From: an uncultured Verrucomicrobiae bacterium
Lineage (GTDB): Bacteria; Verrucomicrobiota; Verrucomicrobiia; Chthoniobacterales; JAFAMB01
NCBI GenBank assembly: GCA_963762565.1
Contig: CAVXLD010000013.1
Location: 64,001-128,000 of the forward strand
DNA length: 64,000 nt
Direction: 5' to 3'
Below, in pieces: positions 49,001-58,251 of this stretch. The translations under genes were made by a program, and so were the position numbers. Position 1 is the first letter of the stretch; each line of letters starts with the position of its first letter. The notes beneath the pieces are model-generated. The model had not been told where the DNA came from, did not search any database, and saw nothing but the letters and a program-made list of their open reading frames with translations.

Positions 49001-49223
49001 GGAGAAAGAGATTATCGACGTAATCACCAATCGGACAAATTCGGATGGACTGCCGATCCGAGCGAGCAACGGCCACGCCCATTCGCATGCGGAGCGAGTG
49101 CGCGAGGCGCTAGGTAACATGTATATGGATGTTACCTGTACTCACTGCGGAAGTTCGAAGGTGATTCGGGCCGGTGCTTGTGGTGTGTGTACCGAGTGTG
49201 GGACGTCGCAAGGTTGTAGTTAA
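46071..49223 (+). CDS. nrdJ: Vitamin B12-dependent (class II) ribonucleotide reductase
   Basis: FNSPVWFN, SACFI, GGKTRRAAKM, NPCSEY, APTGTI, SGAISKTVN; TSCPD-like domain and C-terminal Cys-rich ribbon. Confidence 0.96.
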   Translation: MIKLKSGVHASDFKVRGRGSRSARQKGLTFQRVFSTKGKAPLDDVEWERRTAEITDDSGKVIFRQEDVEVPKNWSPLATKIAVSKYFYGDIAHGTDPLKGGRENSVRQLIHRVTRTITDWGVQDGYFSSNQAAETFYDELTWLCVNQHGAFNSPVWFNVGLYQQYGIGKGSGQGNFYFNPEVGQAERAATQYEHPQASACFIQAVDDTMEDIMRLATSEAMLFKYGSGTGSDLSTLRSTREKLSGGGRPSGPLSFLKVYDQVANVVKSGGKTRRAAKMNTLKDWHPDIEEFIEAKTKEEKKAWALIEQGYDGSYNGDAYGSIMYQNENLSIRVSDEFMQAAIDGKEWWTRRVLDGKPCEQKEARTLLRKIAEGTHVCGDPGMQFDSTIHRWHTCKGTGRQNSTNPCSEYLFLDNTACNLASLNLMKFKAPDGSFDVEKFKAAVRIYITAQEILVDNASYPTKEIAENSHIFRTLGLGFANLGALVMSYGLGYDSDGARALAGSITAIMTGQAYAHSARIAEVIGTFPGYHDARATGVPNPVAKDNVEPMLEVIRLHREYCDRIQSSIEFADLKAEAIKAWNDALSLGEKSGFRNAQVSVLAPTGTIGFLMDCDTTGIEPDIALVKYKLLAGGGMLKIVNQTVRPALEKLAYTESAIEGILAHINEHDTIEDVVIPETNQVIASGLKVVASGHQVVASGLKPEHLPIFDCAFKPFKGKRSLHYLGHLRMMAACQPFLSGAISKTVNLPNEATIEDITETYIEGWRLGLKAIAIYRDGSKRSAPLNTKKTKDMGGEQPSAEQVSEETKRLLGRIGELEREVSTLQQPSRHRMPDTRVSLTHKFEIAGHEGYITVGLYENQQPGELFIQMAKEGSTIGGLMDTVATLTSLALQYGVPLESLVKKFAYQRFEPSGFTKNPDIRNATSITDYVFRWLGCQFIKGYKEAISPNRTQPDLPMREISDIEKKAVNRPVAELPRTAEKEIIDVITNRTNSDGLPIRASNGHAHSHAERVREALGNMYMDVTCTHCGSSKVIRAGACGVCTECGTSQGCS

Positions 49224-49769
49224 GACCGGGTGGATGAGCGCAAGCGTGGGCAACGACCGTCGGGTGGCGGCCGTTGCCCACCGATACAACGCCGGCAACG
49301 CGCGGGAGCGCCGGCATCGCCGGCAACGATGCGCTTACCGGCATTGGGTGATCTTGGGTAAATCGCTATTGCGTTATCTTAACGGGAACGGGCGATATCG
49401 CGGTTAAAGCTCGAGCACGTTCTCCGCATTCATTGTCGGGGTTGACGCGCGGCATTGGTCTATAATTGTCGCACACCCGAACCGGAGGGGAGCCGCATTC
49501 CGCTGTACCAAACCGAGGGCGAGCTGTTCCAGACATGGCGTGCTTGGTCCGATGCACGTTTTAGCTGCGGCTCCCTTAAGCGCGTGACGGGGCCCATCGA
49601 CGTGGAACCCTAGCAGGCCTGGTACGGTTCTCAGGGCGTCGCAGTTGTGGCGCACGAAAATCGTTGCACTCGATTTAAGATCCGGGAAACCCTCGACACA
49701 GCACGCCAAATGCAACGCCCCTCCGCAAGGGCTTCGGGACCGCGTTGGAATGACAGGCGCGCCAGGTTT

Positions 49770-51956
49770 CTACTGCACGAGCACTACGATCGAGCGTGGT
49801 CCCACAGTGTATTGAGTGCCGAAGACCTGCTGTTCTTGGCCAGGTTCACACAGGTCGAGTGGAGAGTTTTGGCCGGTGTCGATGACCCGATACCACGGCT
49901 TGTATGAGCCATCAATAATAGTGAATAACAACGGCTCGGTGAAAGCGTTGATCATCACGTACAGATCTTGATCACCCAAGCTTCCCCCTTTCAAATGATA
50001 GGCGAGGCTGTGTGAATTGTAGGAAAGATCAGCCGCCGGGCCTACTCCGCGCCAACGGATGTCATCTCGCCAGAACCGGCTCCGACAGATGCTCGGGTGG
50101 GCTTTACGGAATGCGATCATCAGCCGGCAAAAACGGAAGAAACCGGCGTTTTCATCCAGTCGCTTCCAATTCAACCAAGCCGTCGCGTTATCCTGATTGT
50201 AGGGGTTGTTATTTCCGCCTTGGCTGTGCAAAAACTCGTCTCCGGCCATGAACATGGGAAGGCCGTTGGAAAGCATTAGAAGGCAGAACAGATTCTTCGC
50301 CTGACGCTGTCGCAGAGCGGCAATTTCCGGGGCCAGACCTTGATCACCTTCTATCCCACAATTCCAGCTGAAATTATTAGGGGTTCCATCCTCGTTATCG
50401 AGACCGTTCGCCTGGTTGTGCCGCTCGTTGTACGACACCAAATCGTAGAGCGTGAACCCGTCATGGGAGATCACGTAATTGATGCTGTAGAACGGTCGCC
50501 GAGCTTCTTCGATCCGGTCGGGAAAGAGATCGTCGCTGCCATAAAGCCGTTGCATCAGCTTTGGCACCATGCCAGCGTCACCACGCACAAACCGGCGCAC
50601 ATCATCTCGAAACTGGCCGTTCCATTGATGCCAAAACATTCCCGGGAAACCGGTCCCTAATTGATACGCGCCGGCTGCATCCCAAGGTTCAGCAATTAGG
50701 CGGGTGTCCGCGAGGATCGGATCCGTGCGGATGGCCGAAAGCAGGGGAGGATCTTCTAGGTCGATGGAACCATCCTCAGATCGAGTTAGGATCGAGGCCA
50801 AGTCGAACCGGAACCCATCGACTTGCATCTCGGTGGCCCAATAACGCAAGCTATCAAGAATCAGATTCCGGACGAACGGATCACTAACGTCGAGGGTATT
50901 TCCAGTCCCGGAAAAGTTGGCGTACGGCTGCGCCGGATCCTGCGTCATCAGATAGAAGCTCGCATTATCGATCCCTTTGAAAGAATATTTCGGCCCGGTG
51001 TGATTTGCTTCGGCGGTGTGGTTATAAACAACGTCCAAAATGACCTCGATATCGGCGGCGTGCAGAGCAGATACCAACTCTTTGAACTCAGCGATAGCAG
51101 CCTGCTGGTTCGCCGCGTAGCGCAAGTGCGGGCAAAAGAAATTCAGGGTCATATAACCCCAGAAGTTATTCTCTTGCGGGTCGAACTGATGGACCGGCAT
51201 TAACTCGACGATGGTGACTCCAAGATCCCGTAAATAAGGAATCTTCTCGATGAGTCCGGCGAAGGTGCCCCGCTTCTCGGCGGAGATGCCACTCGACTCG
51301 CTCTCAGTGAAGCCTCGCACATGTAACTCATAAATGATGGCATCGGAATAATGACGGGGTCGCCGGCATGTCGCGTCGGAGCGAAGCGAGGCTGGAACCT
51401 GTCGCGCCGTAGTCTCCGAAGGCGGAACCTGTCGCGCCATAGTCTCCGAAGGCGGAACCTGTCGCGCCGAATCTTGCGAAGGCGGTACGGTCAAACCGAG
51501 CTCGTGCCGGATCACGCCCAAAGGGGCGCATCCGGCGTTGCTGCCCGGGCAACAAGCAGCGGCGCGACTAAAAGCCGGTGGGAAGAAAACCCGCTTCGCG
51601 TAAGGATCCAGAAGAATCTTGTCCGGATCGAACGCATGCCACTGATTCGGCCCATGTGGAACGGGGCCGTCCACCCGGTAGGCGTAATACATCGCGTCCG
51701 CCAAATGCGCTTCCGGTAACCGGCAATGCCAAACCCGTTTTGTCTTATGCGCGAGCGGGTCCAGCCAATACTCAGCCAGAGGCGTGACAAAATCGTCGGC
51801 GCCATAAAGCAAGAGCGTCACCTCGCGAGCATTTTGCGAATACAAAGCAAAATTGAATGCTTTCTCTTCGGCGATATAGGTGACACCCAATGGCATCGGG
51901 GAGCCTTCGATGGTTGGCCAAGCAATAGTCTTCGGTTGCCAAGAATTCGGATTCAC
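49770..51956 (-). CDS. glgX: Glycogen debranching enzyme/isoamylase (GH13)
   Basis: LLDPYAK, IYELHVRGFT, WGYMTLNFF, DVVYNHT, DGFRFDLA, IAEPWD, SHDGFTL. Confidence 0.94.
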   Translation of the reverse strand: MNPNSWQPKTIAWPTIEGSPMPLGVTYIAEEKAFNFALYSQNAREVTLLLYGADDFVTPLAEYWLDPLAHKTKRVWHCRLPEAHLADAMYYAYRVDGPVPHGPNQWHAFDPDKILLDPYAKRVFFPPAFSRAAACCPGSNAGCAPLGVIRHELGLTVPPSQDSARQVPPSETMARQVPPSETTARQVPASLRSDATCRRPRHYSDAIIYELHVRGFTESESSGISAEKRGTFAGLIEKIPYLRDLGVTIVELMPVHQFDPQENNFWGYMTLNFFCPHLRYAANQQAAIAEFKELVSALHAADIEVILDVVYNHTAEANHTGPKYSFKGIDNASFYLMTQDPAQPYANFSGTGNTLDVSDPFVRNLILDSLRYWATEMQVDGFRFDLASILTRSEDGSIDLEDPPLLSAIRTDPILADTRLIAEPWDAAGAYQLGTGFPGMFWHQWNGQFRDDVRRFVRGDAGMVPKLMQRLYGSDDLFPDRIEEARRPFYSINYVISHDGFTLYDLVSYNERHNQANGLDNEDGTPNNFSWNCGIEGDQGLAPEIAALRQRQAKNLFCLLMLSNGLPMFMAGDEFLHSQGGNNNPYNQDNATAWLNWKRLDENAGFFRFCRLMIAFRKAHPSICRSRFWRDDIRWRGVGPAADLSYNSHSLAYHLKGGSLGDQDLYVMINAFTEPLLFTIIDGSYKPWYRVIDTGQNSPLDLCEPGQEQQVFGTQYTVGPRSIVVLVQ
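51366..51485. repeat. Four tandem 30-nt hairpin repeats inside glgX
   Basis: aacctgtcgcgcc...cgaaggcgg x3 plus one degenerate unit. Confidence 0.9.
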
Positions 51957-51985
51957 GGGCGCAAAAAAGAAACGAGGACACTAGC

Positions 51986-54112
51986 CTATGGCTTTCCATT
52001 CGCCAGGCCGAAAGTTTTCAAAATGAATGCATATTCGGCGGCGAGTTCATTTAACCGGTCGAACCGCCCGCTCTCTCCCATATGGCCGGCCCCCATATTG
52101 GTCTTCAATAGTACGAGCCTATGCTGGTGCGTCAGGGTCCGCTGTTTCGCTACCCATTTGGCTGGTTCCCAATAGCTCACCCGGCTGTCGTTGAGACCCG
52201 CGGTAACAAACAGGTTCGGGTACGGTTTATCGACAACATTGTCGTACGGCGAGTAGGACCGGATATAGTCGAAATAGGTCGGGTCGCTGGGATTCCCCCA
52301 TTCCTCGTACTCCGTCACCGTTAAGGGCAGAGAAGGATCCGACATCGTGTTTAGCACATCAACGAAGGGTACTCCGGCGACTACAGTCGTGAAAAGGTCC
52401 GGCCGCATGTTCATAACCGCGCCCATCAACAGACCGCCCGCGCTTGCGCCGGAAATCGCCAGTTTTTTGGAAGAGCCATACTTCTGCTCCACCAGATATT
52501 CGGCACACGAGATGAAGTCCGTGAAAGTGTTTTTCTTATTTAGCAGCCTCCCGGCATGGTACCAGGTTTGTCCGTACTCGCCGCCGCCGCGGATGTGAGC
52601 GAGCGCCACCACAAATCCGCGGTCCGCCAGAGAAAGGTGGCTTGAATTGAAGTCCGCATCCTCATTGAGACCATAGGCGCCATACCCGTCCAGCAGGATG
52701 GGCGCTGCCCCGTCTTTGACCAGCCCTTTTCGATAGAATAACGAGATGGGAACTTTGGTTCCGTCGGAAGCAACCGCAAAAATGTGTTCTTCGGTGTAGT
52801 CGTCGGTCGAAAAACCTCCCAGGACCGGAGTCCGTTTCTTTATCGTCTGAGCCCCGGTCTTGAAATCAACGTCGATCACCGACCTGGGTGTGATCAACGA
52901 ACTGAATTCCAACCGCAGCTGGGTTGCGTCAAAAGAGGGATTATCCCCAAAATCAACGTCGTAGGTGGGCTCTTGGAGGTCGACATAACGACTATTGCCT
53001 GACTGCAGATCGTAGATCTTGATGACCGGGAGGCCATCGCGCCGTACCAGCACCACCAGATAGTGGGCGAATGCTTCTAGTTCTTCAACTGGTTCGTTAG
53101 GGTCGTACGGCACGAAGTCAGTCCAATTCTGATGACCCGGGTCTGAGAACGGTGCGGTTACAATCTTGAAGTTCTCGGCCTGATCATTGGTGACGATGAA
53201 AAAACGATCTCCGGAATGGTCCACCTGATAAAGGATCCCTTGGCTGCGGGGGCTTAATATTCGGAACTCGCCAGCCGGTTCATCAGCCTCCAGATATTGC
53301 ACCTCAGTCGTGGTCTCGCTCTCTGAGACCAGGAAAATGAACTTGCGGCTTCTCGATTTTTGAAGGCTCAGTTCGAACCGCTGATCCTTTTCCTCAAATA
53401 GCAAAGTGTCTTTCTTAGGATCCTGTCCGAGCACATGGCGAAAGAGCTGGTACGGCCGGTTAGCGTCGTCGAGCGTAAGATAAAACAAGGTTCGACTGTC
53501 ATTAGCCCACGCAATCGAAGGAGCCGTGTTTTTGATGGTGTCCGGCAAAAGCTTACCGGAAGTCAGATCCTTAACCTGTAAAACGAACTTTTCGCTGCCG
53601 CTGGTGTCAGTCGAGTAAGCCAGCAAATGCTGGTCCCGACTAACATTCAAAGCTCCAAGATGGAAATACTTCCAACCTTCGGCCAGCTGGTTCCCGTCGA
53701 GCAGGATTTCTTCAGGACCCGGTAGCGACGGCAGCCCGCTCGTCTGCGCCTTTCGACAATAGATCGTGTACTGTTTCCCGGCCTCAGTTCGGTCATAGTA
53801 ATCGTACTGGTCGATTTGATACGGAACCGACGAATCTGCTTCTTGAATCCGGCCACGCATCTCCTGATAGAGATTCTGCTGCAAACCGGTCAGAGGCTTC
53901 ATCATCGCCTCGGTGTACTGGTTCTCGGCGTTCAGATATTTCAGCGTGCCGGGATTATTTCGATCGCGTAACCAAAAGAACGGGTCGTTCCGAGTCGTCG
54001 AATTCTGCGTGATTTTATGAGGATGCTGCGGTGCTTGGGGAGGGGTTTCGGACAGAAGATTGGATTGGAGAAGCATTAGAGACGCGATGGATACAAGAAA
54101 TTCACGGTACAT
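51986..54112 (-). CDS. ptrB: Oligopeptidase B (S9A) with N-terminal signal-like segment
   Basis: DPFFWLR, GYGAYG, HIRGGGE, GASAGG, EYEEWGNP, DSRVSYWEPAKW, GAGH. Confidence 0.93.
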   Translation of the reverse strand: MYREFLVSIASLMLLQSNLLSETPPQAPQHPHKITQNSTTRNDPFFWLRDRNNPGTLKYLNAENQYTEAMMKPLTGLQQNLYQEMRGRIQEADSSVPYQIDQYDYYDRTEAGKQYTIYCRKAQTSGLPSLPGPEEILLDGNQLAEGWKYFHLGALNVSRDQHLLAYSTDTSGSEKFVLQVKDLTSGKLLPDTIKNTAPSIAWANDSRTLFYLTLDDANRPYQLFRHVLGQDPKKDTLLFEEKDQRFELSLQKSRSRKFIFLVSESETTTEVQYLEADEPAGEFRILSPRSQGILYQVDHSGDRFFIVTNDQAENFKIVTAPFSDPGHQNWTDFVPYDPNEPVEELEAFAHYLVVLVRRDGLPVIKIYDLQSGNSRYVDLQEPTYDVDFGDNPSFDATQLRLEFSSLITPRSVIDVDFKTGAQTIKKRTPVLGGFSTDDYTEEHIFAVASDGTKVPISLFYRKGLVKDGAAPILLDGYGAYGLNEDADFNSSHLSLADRGFVVALAHIRGGGEYGQTWYHAGRLLNKKNTFTDFISCAEYLVEQKYGSSKKLAISGASAGGLLMGAVMNMRPDLFTTVVAGVPFVDVLNTMSDPSLPLTVTEYEEWGNPSDPTYFDYIRSYSPYDNVVDKPYPNLFVTAGLNDSRVSYWEPAKWVAKQRTLTHQHRLVLLKTNMGAGHMGESGRFDRLNELAAEYAFILKTFGLANGKP

Positions 54113-54382
54113 GCGGGATTCAGTGCCGTAAACAGAGCCCATGCCTCGCGCAGTTGCGAGCGGCAATTGGGATTTTTGGGGAAGGGGGAGCAGGGATTGT
54201 TTTTGGTGGGCGAGGCTCCCGGAAGACCGAGAACACTTAACAGAGTTTGAGCGTTTTCCGAAGCCCAGCGCGAAGCTGGGCCGAGCCGCTGGTCTATCAG
54301 GGGAGCACGCCTGCATGCTTGGCAAATCAGGGGAACCGCCCTGAGAACATCGCAACTCTCAGGGATCGCAGGGTGCAAATCG

Positions 54383-54503
54383 GGGAGGGCGCACGTCCCC
54401 GTGCGCCGCGAGGACGTGCCAAAACCTAATGATGTTTTTCGCCCACGACTATGATACGTCCTCGGCTTCCGTAACAACGGATCGCGGGGACGCGATCCCT
54501 CCC
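54383..54503. mobile_element. REPIN-like element, copy 2 (121 bp)
   Basis: gggagggcgcacgtccccgtgcgccg ... cggatcgcggggacgcgatccctccc. Confidence 0.85.
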
Positions 54504-54508
54504 TGGCC

Positions 54509-56449
54509 CTACCGCGGCTCCTCGCCCGAACCGCCCTCCGGCTTATGCTCAAGCGGCGGCTCCACTGGCGTAAATTCAGGCTTCGGTGTCGCTGATGGTG
54601 GCTCGTTGGGAGCGGACTCTGGCTTGTGAGCAAGCGGTGGCTCGCTGGGACTGGACTCTGGCTTGTGAGCAAGCGGCGGCTCGGTGGGACCGGGTTCCGG
54701 CTGGTGAGCAAGCGGCGGCTCGCTAGGACCAGACCCAGGGGTAGGCGGCGGAGGCGTAGGTTGGGTGGGTCCAGACTCGGGGCCGTGAGCTGGCGGTGCT
54801 GGTGGTGCAGGCGGAGCGGGCGGTGGTGGAGCTGTCGGTCGAGTAGAAACGACTTGGGTGTTTGTGATTTTATCGTGCCACGTCTCACGTGCCGGATCGA
54901 AGAGCGTCCAGAAAAATCCTAGACCTAGTGGCATCAGGGATAACAAGCTGCTCAGAGCGCGCACTGCGGCGGTGCCGTAGTCGCTGGAGATTAGAGTGCC
55001 GTCGAATCGTTGGACCCGGAGACCAAGAGCGAGTTCGCCGATGGTCGCACTTCGCCAGACGTACATCCCAAAGCGATACAAAACCCAGAGCGGGAGAATT
55101 ACTCGATGCACGTGGATTAAAGAAATCAGAGCAAAGATGACCAGCAAATCGATCGCATTGGCGCCCAACCGCGGCCAGAAGGGAGCGGACGGTGTTGTTC
55201 TCGCCACTGCTAACGGCGCGGCCACACGCGGAGCGGGAGCTGCCGGTTTGGTTGGTTCAACCGCGACAGGACGTTCAACCGCGGCAGGAGTGCCTGCCGG
55301 CAACTGAGCAACCGGGACCCGATTCTTATTGCGCTCAATCAAATACAAACTGAAGGATCCAAGGCCCGCCAGCAACACGATGCTGCCGGCCAGGAAGCCG
55401 ATCACAGGGATACAATAAACGATCCAGCACACCACCGCTCCCAGCCCGATCCACAACAGAGTCGGATACTTCTGGTTGCTCATTTGGGGAGCGATCCGCT
55501 GGCCGATCAGTTGAAAGACCACGGCATTCCCCACCAGGGCCAAGGCGAAAACCGCTGCCAACACCAGAGGTATCGCCACGGCGCCGACAACGGTGATGAG
55601 CAACAGAAAACAGAGCAACGCTGCGGCCGGCACAATGGCTAAACCGCATAGAAACGAGGCGGGAGCCCGTCCCCGCAGAATGACGCCAGTATCGGCGACA
55701 GGTCTCGGAAAGAAGTGCCCTATCGCCAGACAGAGCCCCAAGATTAGCAGGGCCCAAAACCAACTAAGGAATGAATCAGGAGACATAGGTCGTAGAAAAA
55801 AGATGGTGCCGCTCAGCCATTGACCGAGATCGATGGCTGTTCCGGTCGGTAAGAAATCGAGGTTAATACGGCTGCCGCTAACATGGAGGTCGCTGTCGTG
55901 TTCGACTGCGGAAACGACAGAACTGAAATCTCCGGTTACCACTGCGCCCTCCTTAAAGCGGGCCTTCGATGCCAATGCGACGATGTCGCCGTTAATCGTA
56001 CCGCTGATTTCCGCATCGCTGCCGATCAACGCTAAATCGCCGTTGACGACACCGTCGATGCGGGCATGTCCGTGAATCACGATGACATCGCCATTGGCAG
56101 TGTCGCCGGCTCGCAAGGTGTAGGTTCTTCCTGTGATTACTTGGTCCCCGGAACGATCACCGTGGCGGATTCTGCAAAACAGGGCGTGCGGCTGGCAGGA
56201 TGGGTTTAAGCCAAAGATTTGTCCAAATGTCTTGCTGGTGATGTTCCCCAGAACGTTCGCCGGTACTTGTCCGGCCAAACCGATGTCTGAGGCAAGCGTT
56301 GCACCGACCATCGGTTGGTATAGTCGGACGGCTTCTGCCGGGGATGCCGGCGTTGATTCAGCAGCGAGGAGCGACCGAACGGTGAACGCAGCCGCTAGCA
56401 AGAGGCCAAGGCAAAGTGTGCTGCCTCGGAAACGGAATTTGGTCTTCAT
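54509..56449 (-). CDS. Membrane protein: signal + bactofilin-like beta-helix + multi-TM + RDD domain + Pro-rich repeats
   Basis: GDVIVIHG..RIDGVVNGDLALIG..AEISGTINGDIV repeats; FWPRLGANAID...TIG...LGLRV...WHDKITNT (RDD); PxEPPLAHKPE repeats. Confidence 0.8.
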   Translation of the reverse strand: MKTKFRFRGSTLCLGLLLAAAFTVRSLLAAESTPASPAEAVRLYQPMVGATLASDIGLAGQVPANVLGNITSKTFGQIFGLNPSCQPHALFCRIRHGDRSGDQVITGRTYTLRAGDTANGDVIVIHGHARIDGVVNGDLALIGSDAEISGTINGDIVALASKARFKEGAVVTGDFSSVVSAVEHDSDLHVSGSRINLDFLPTGTAIDLGQWLSGTIFFLRPMSPDSFLSWFWALLILGLCLAIGHFFPRPVADTGVILRGRAPASFLCGLAIVPAAALLCFLLLITVVGAVAIPLVLAAVFALALVGNAVVFQLIGQRIAPQMSNQKYPTLLWIGLGAVVCWIVYCIPVIGFLAGSIVLLAGLGSFSLYLIERNKNRVPVAQLPAGTPAAVERPVAVEPTKPAAPAPRVAAPLAVARTTPSAPFWPRLGANAIDLLVIFALISLIHVHRVILPLWVLYRFGMYVWRSATIGELALGLRVQRFDGTLISSDYGTAAVRALSSLLSLMPLGLGFFWTLFDPARETWHDKITNTQVVSTRPTAPPPPAPPAPPAPPAHGPESGPTQPTPPPPTPGSGPSEPPLAHQPEPGPTEPPLAHKPESSPSEPPLAHKPESAPNEPPSATPKPEFTPVEPPLEHKPEGGSGEEPR

Positions 56450-56874
56450 GGTCGTTTAGCAATCGCCAAATGCCGAACCGTCGACGCGGCGAAAATGCAG
56501 GTTAAATAACTAAAGCCGGCCACCAGAGCGACCAGCCATCCTAACGGCAACTGAAAGATGCGCAGATTGGTTAGAATCGTGCGCCCGACATCTAACATGT
56601 CGCCAATGACATGCAGAAAAGGGAACCGGGTTAAGAAACCAATAACCGCTCCTGCTGGGTTAAAAAGTGGCACCAACACCATCACGGCCAAAGCCAGGCC
56701 CAAACCGGAGTTCTTTATAAATGGTAAGTGTTGCCGGAAAATCGACAGTGCCCAGCGTTGAACAGAACGTCGCTGAACTGAACGCATCACTTTCGGCAAG
56801 AGCTCGGGCGGCGCTTCCAAATCAGGGAGACGCTTAAGCTCCTCATCTAACCAATCTTCGTTCGGTTCCTTCAT
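56446..56874 (-). CDS. Putative membrane anti-sigma factor
   Basis: L..LPDLEAPPELLPKVM..V followed by TM helices; coupled (ATGA) to the ECF sigma and to the RDD gene. Confidence 0.6.
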   Translation of the reverse strand: MKEPNEDWLDEELKRLPDLEAPPELLPKVMRSVQRRSVQRWALSIFRQHLPFIKNSGLGLALAVMVLVPLFNPAGAVIGFLTRFPFLHVIGDMLDVGRTILTNLRIFQLPLGWLVALVAGFSYLTCIFAASTVRHLAIAKRP

Positions 56875-57362
56875 GACGTTTTAACTAGAATTTTGCGGAG
56901 GCTATCGCGGCCTCGATGGATGTCGGTCTTGACCTTAGCCAATGAGATCCCGAGCTTATCGGCGATCTCGTCATAGGACAGGTCTTGAAAATGGAAAAGT
57001 ACTATGGGGACTCTTTGAGCATCGGGCAGTTTCTGGATGGCGAGCTCAAGCATTTCGCGGCGGTCATCAGTTGGGGGATCCAGAACCGGTATCTCGACTT
57101 CTGTCTCTTCTTCCGAGAAAAACCGCCACCTCGCCCGGTAACGATTCAGATGATTAATTGATAAGTTAGTGGCGACAGTTTTGAGCCATCCGCCGACGGT
57201 GCCGCTATCTTTCAATTCATCATACCGTTCATAAGCTTTAATAAAAACTTCTTGAGCGATATCTTGGGCATCGATCGGGTTTCCGACAATTCTTGCCGCT
57301 ACCGAGAAAACCATGTTCTGGTAGTTACGGACGAACGTCTCGAACTCCTGGACTTCAGCCAT
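56871..57362 (-). CDS. ECF sigma factor (SigW/RpoE-like)
   Basis: DAQDIAQEVFIKAY, WLKTVATN, LSYDEIADKLGISLAKVKTDIHRGR. Confidence 0.92.
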   Translation of the reverse strand: MAEVQEFETFVRNYQNMVFSVAARIVGNPIDAQDIAQEVFIKAYERYDELKDSGTVGGWLKTVATNLSINHLNRYRARWRFFSEEETEVEIPVLDPPTDDRREMLELAIQKLPDAQRVPIVLFHFQDLSYDEIADKLGISLAKVKTDIHRGRDSLRKILVKTS

Positions 57363-57466
57363 TCTAGCCTCGAGACCGCTGGCATCCTGGTCATCGATTC
57401 CGATGAGCGGCAAGGGCGCGGCGTTTACCATTGAACTGCATGGGCCTAAAGGGAGGCCGGTTAAAG

Positions 57467-57649
57467 TTAGTAGACCTTAAGAAAGCCGAGTTGGCCAATG
57501 CATTCGACCGTGGCGGCTAACGTCCAAACTCCCAGCCAAAGAGCCAGGAACCAGTCGGCCCGTTCAGCCCACAGTAGAGTTGCGGTGCGTAAAGCTAATC
57601 GCGAGGTCGTTGATGTCCTCGGTGGGAAATCGATGATTTTGGTTTGCAT
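57467..57649 (-). CDS. Small (60-aa) putative membrane protein
   Basis: Strong RBS aaaggagag before ATG; Trp-rich hydrophobic C-terminal helix. Confidence 0.5.
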   Translation of the reverse strand: MQTKIIDFPPRTSTTSRLALRTATLLWAERADWFLALWLGVWTLAATVECIGQLGFLKVY

Positions 57650-57715
57650 TTTCTCTCCTTTGAAAAGTTCGGTTTCATTGGCAGTACACGGTGTTGCGCG
57701 GAAAAGTTGCAAAAA

Positions 57716-57741
57716 GTGGAGCGCGCCTCGCTTGCGAGGCC
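57716..57741 (+). repeat. 26-bp REP-like palindrome GTGGAGCGCGCCTCGCTTGCGAGGCC
   Basis: Identical copies at 61029-61054 and, inverted, at 45707-45732. Confidence 0.85.
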
Positions 57742-57984
57742 GACCGGTCGGGGCCAAATGACCGAAGGGGCCAAGAGAAAACGTGTGGGCGTGTCGGCGA
57801 GCGCTTGGGCGCTGCCTTCGAATGGGATCCGCCTTCGCCAAGCCTTCGGCGCGACGGGCCCTATGGGACTTATAGGACCTATGTGATCTGATACGTGCCT
57901 CCTGTGAGTCCAATCGGTTTTGCCACACCCACAGTTCCCAACTCCTAGCTCTTAGATTCTAGCTCCTGGCTCCTATTCTTTAAT

Positions 57985-58013
57985 TTGACGTCCCACCCCT
58001 CCCGGAATACTCT
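57985..58013 (+). promoter_or_regulatory. Putative sigma-70 promoter of tRNA-Ser
   Basis: TTGACG-17 bp-TACTCT ending 14 bp before the tRNA. Confidence 0.55.
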
Positions 58014-58027
58014 GGCGACTCGTGCTT

Positions 58028-58115
58028 GGTGAGGTGGCTGAGCGGTCGAAAGCGGCGCTTTGCTAAAGCGTTGTACCTCAAAAGGGTACCGAGGGTTCGA
58101 ATCCCTCCCTCACCG
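58028..58115 (+). tRNA. tRNA-Ser(GCT)
   Basis: Acceptor GGTGAGG/CCTCACC; anticodon arm GCGCT-TTGCTAA-AGCGT; long variable arm; GGTTCGAATCC; discriminator G; CCA not encoded. Confidence 0.95.
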
Positions 58116-58251
58116 TTCTGAACTTCGTACTCGTTCTCGTCGTCGTCCTCGTCCTCGAAAAACGTGCCGTAGCGCGTCGCGTTAATCCTCCGAGCGGGAA
58201 CGCAAAGCCCCTTACCCGGAGGGGAGCCGCTTGCAGCGAACAGATCGAGCT

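Noticed and set aside
46071..49223. Intein or intron in nrdJ
   Set aside because: The ORF is continuous and of normal size, with no splicing or endonuclease motifs seen.
51366..51485. 30-nt repeats as a mini-CRISPR
   Set aside because: Units are head-to-tail with no spacers and lie in-frame in glgX.
54113..54888. N-terminal extension of ptrB and the 270-aa overlapping ORF
   Set aside because: Low-complexity alternative frames across a REPIN and the Pro-rich repeats.
58028..58250. tRNA-anchored prophage or island
   Set aside because: No integrase, and no duplicated tRNA 3' end noticed in the window.
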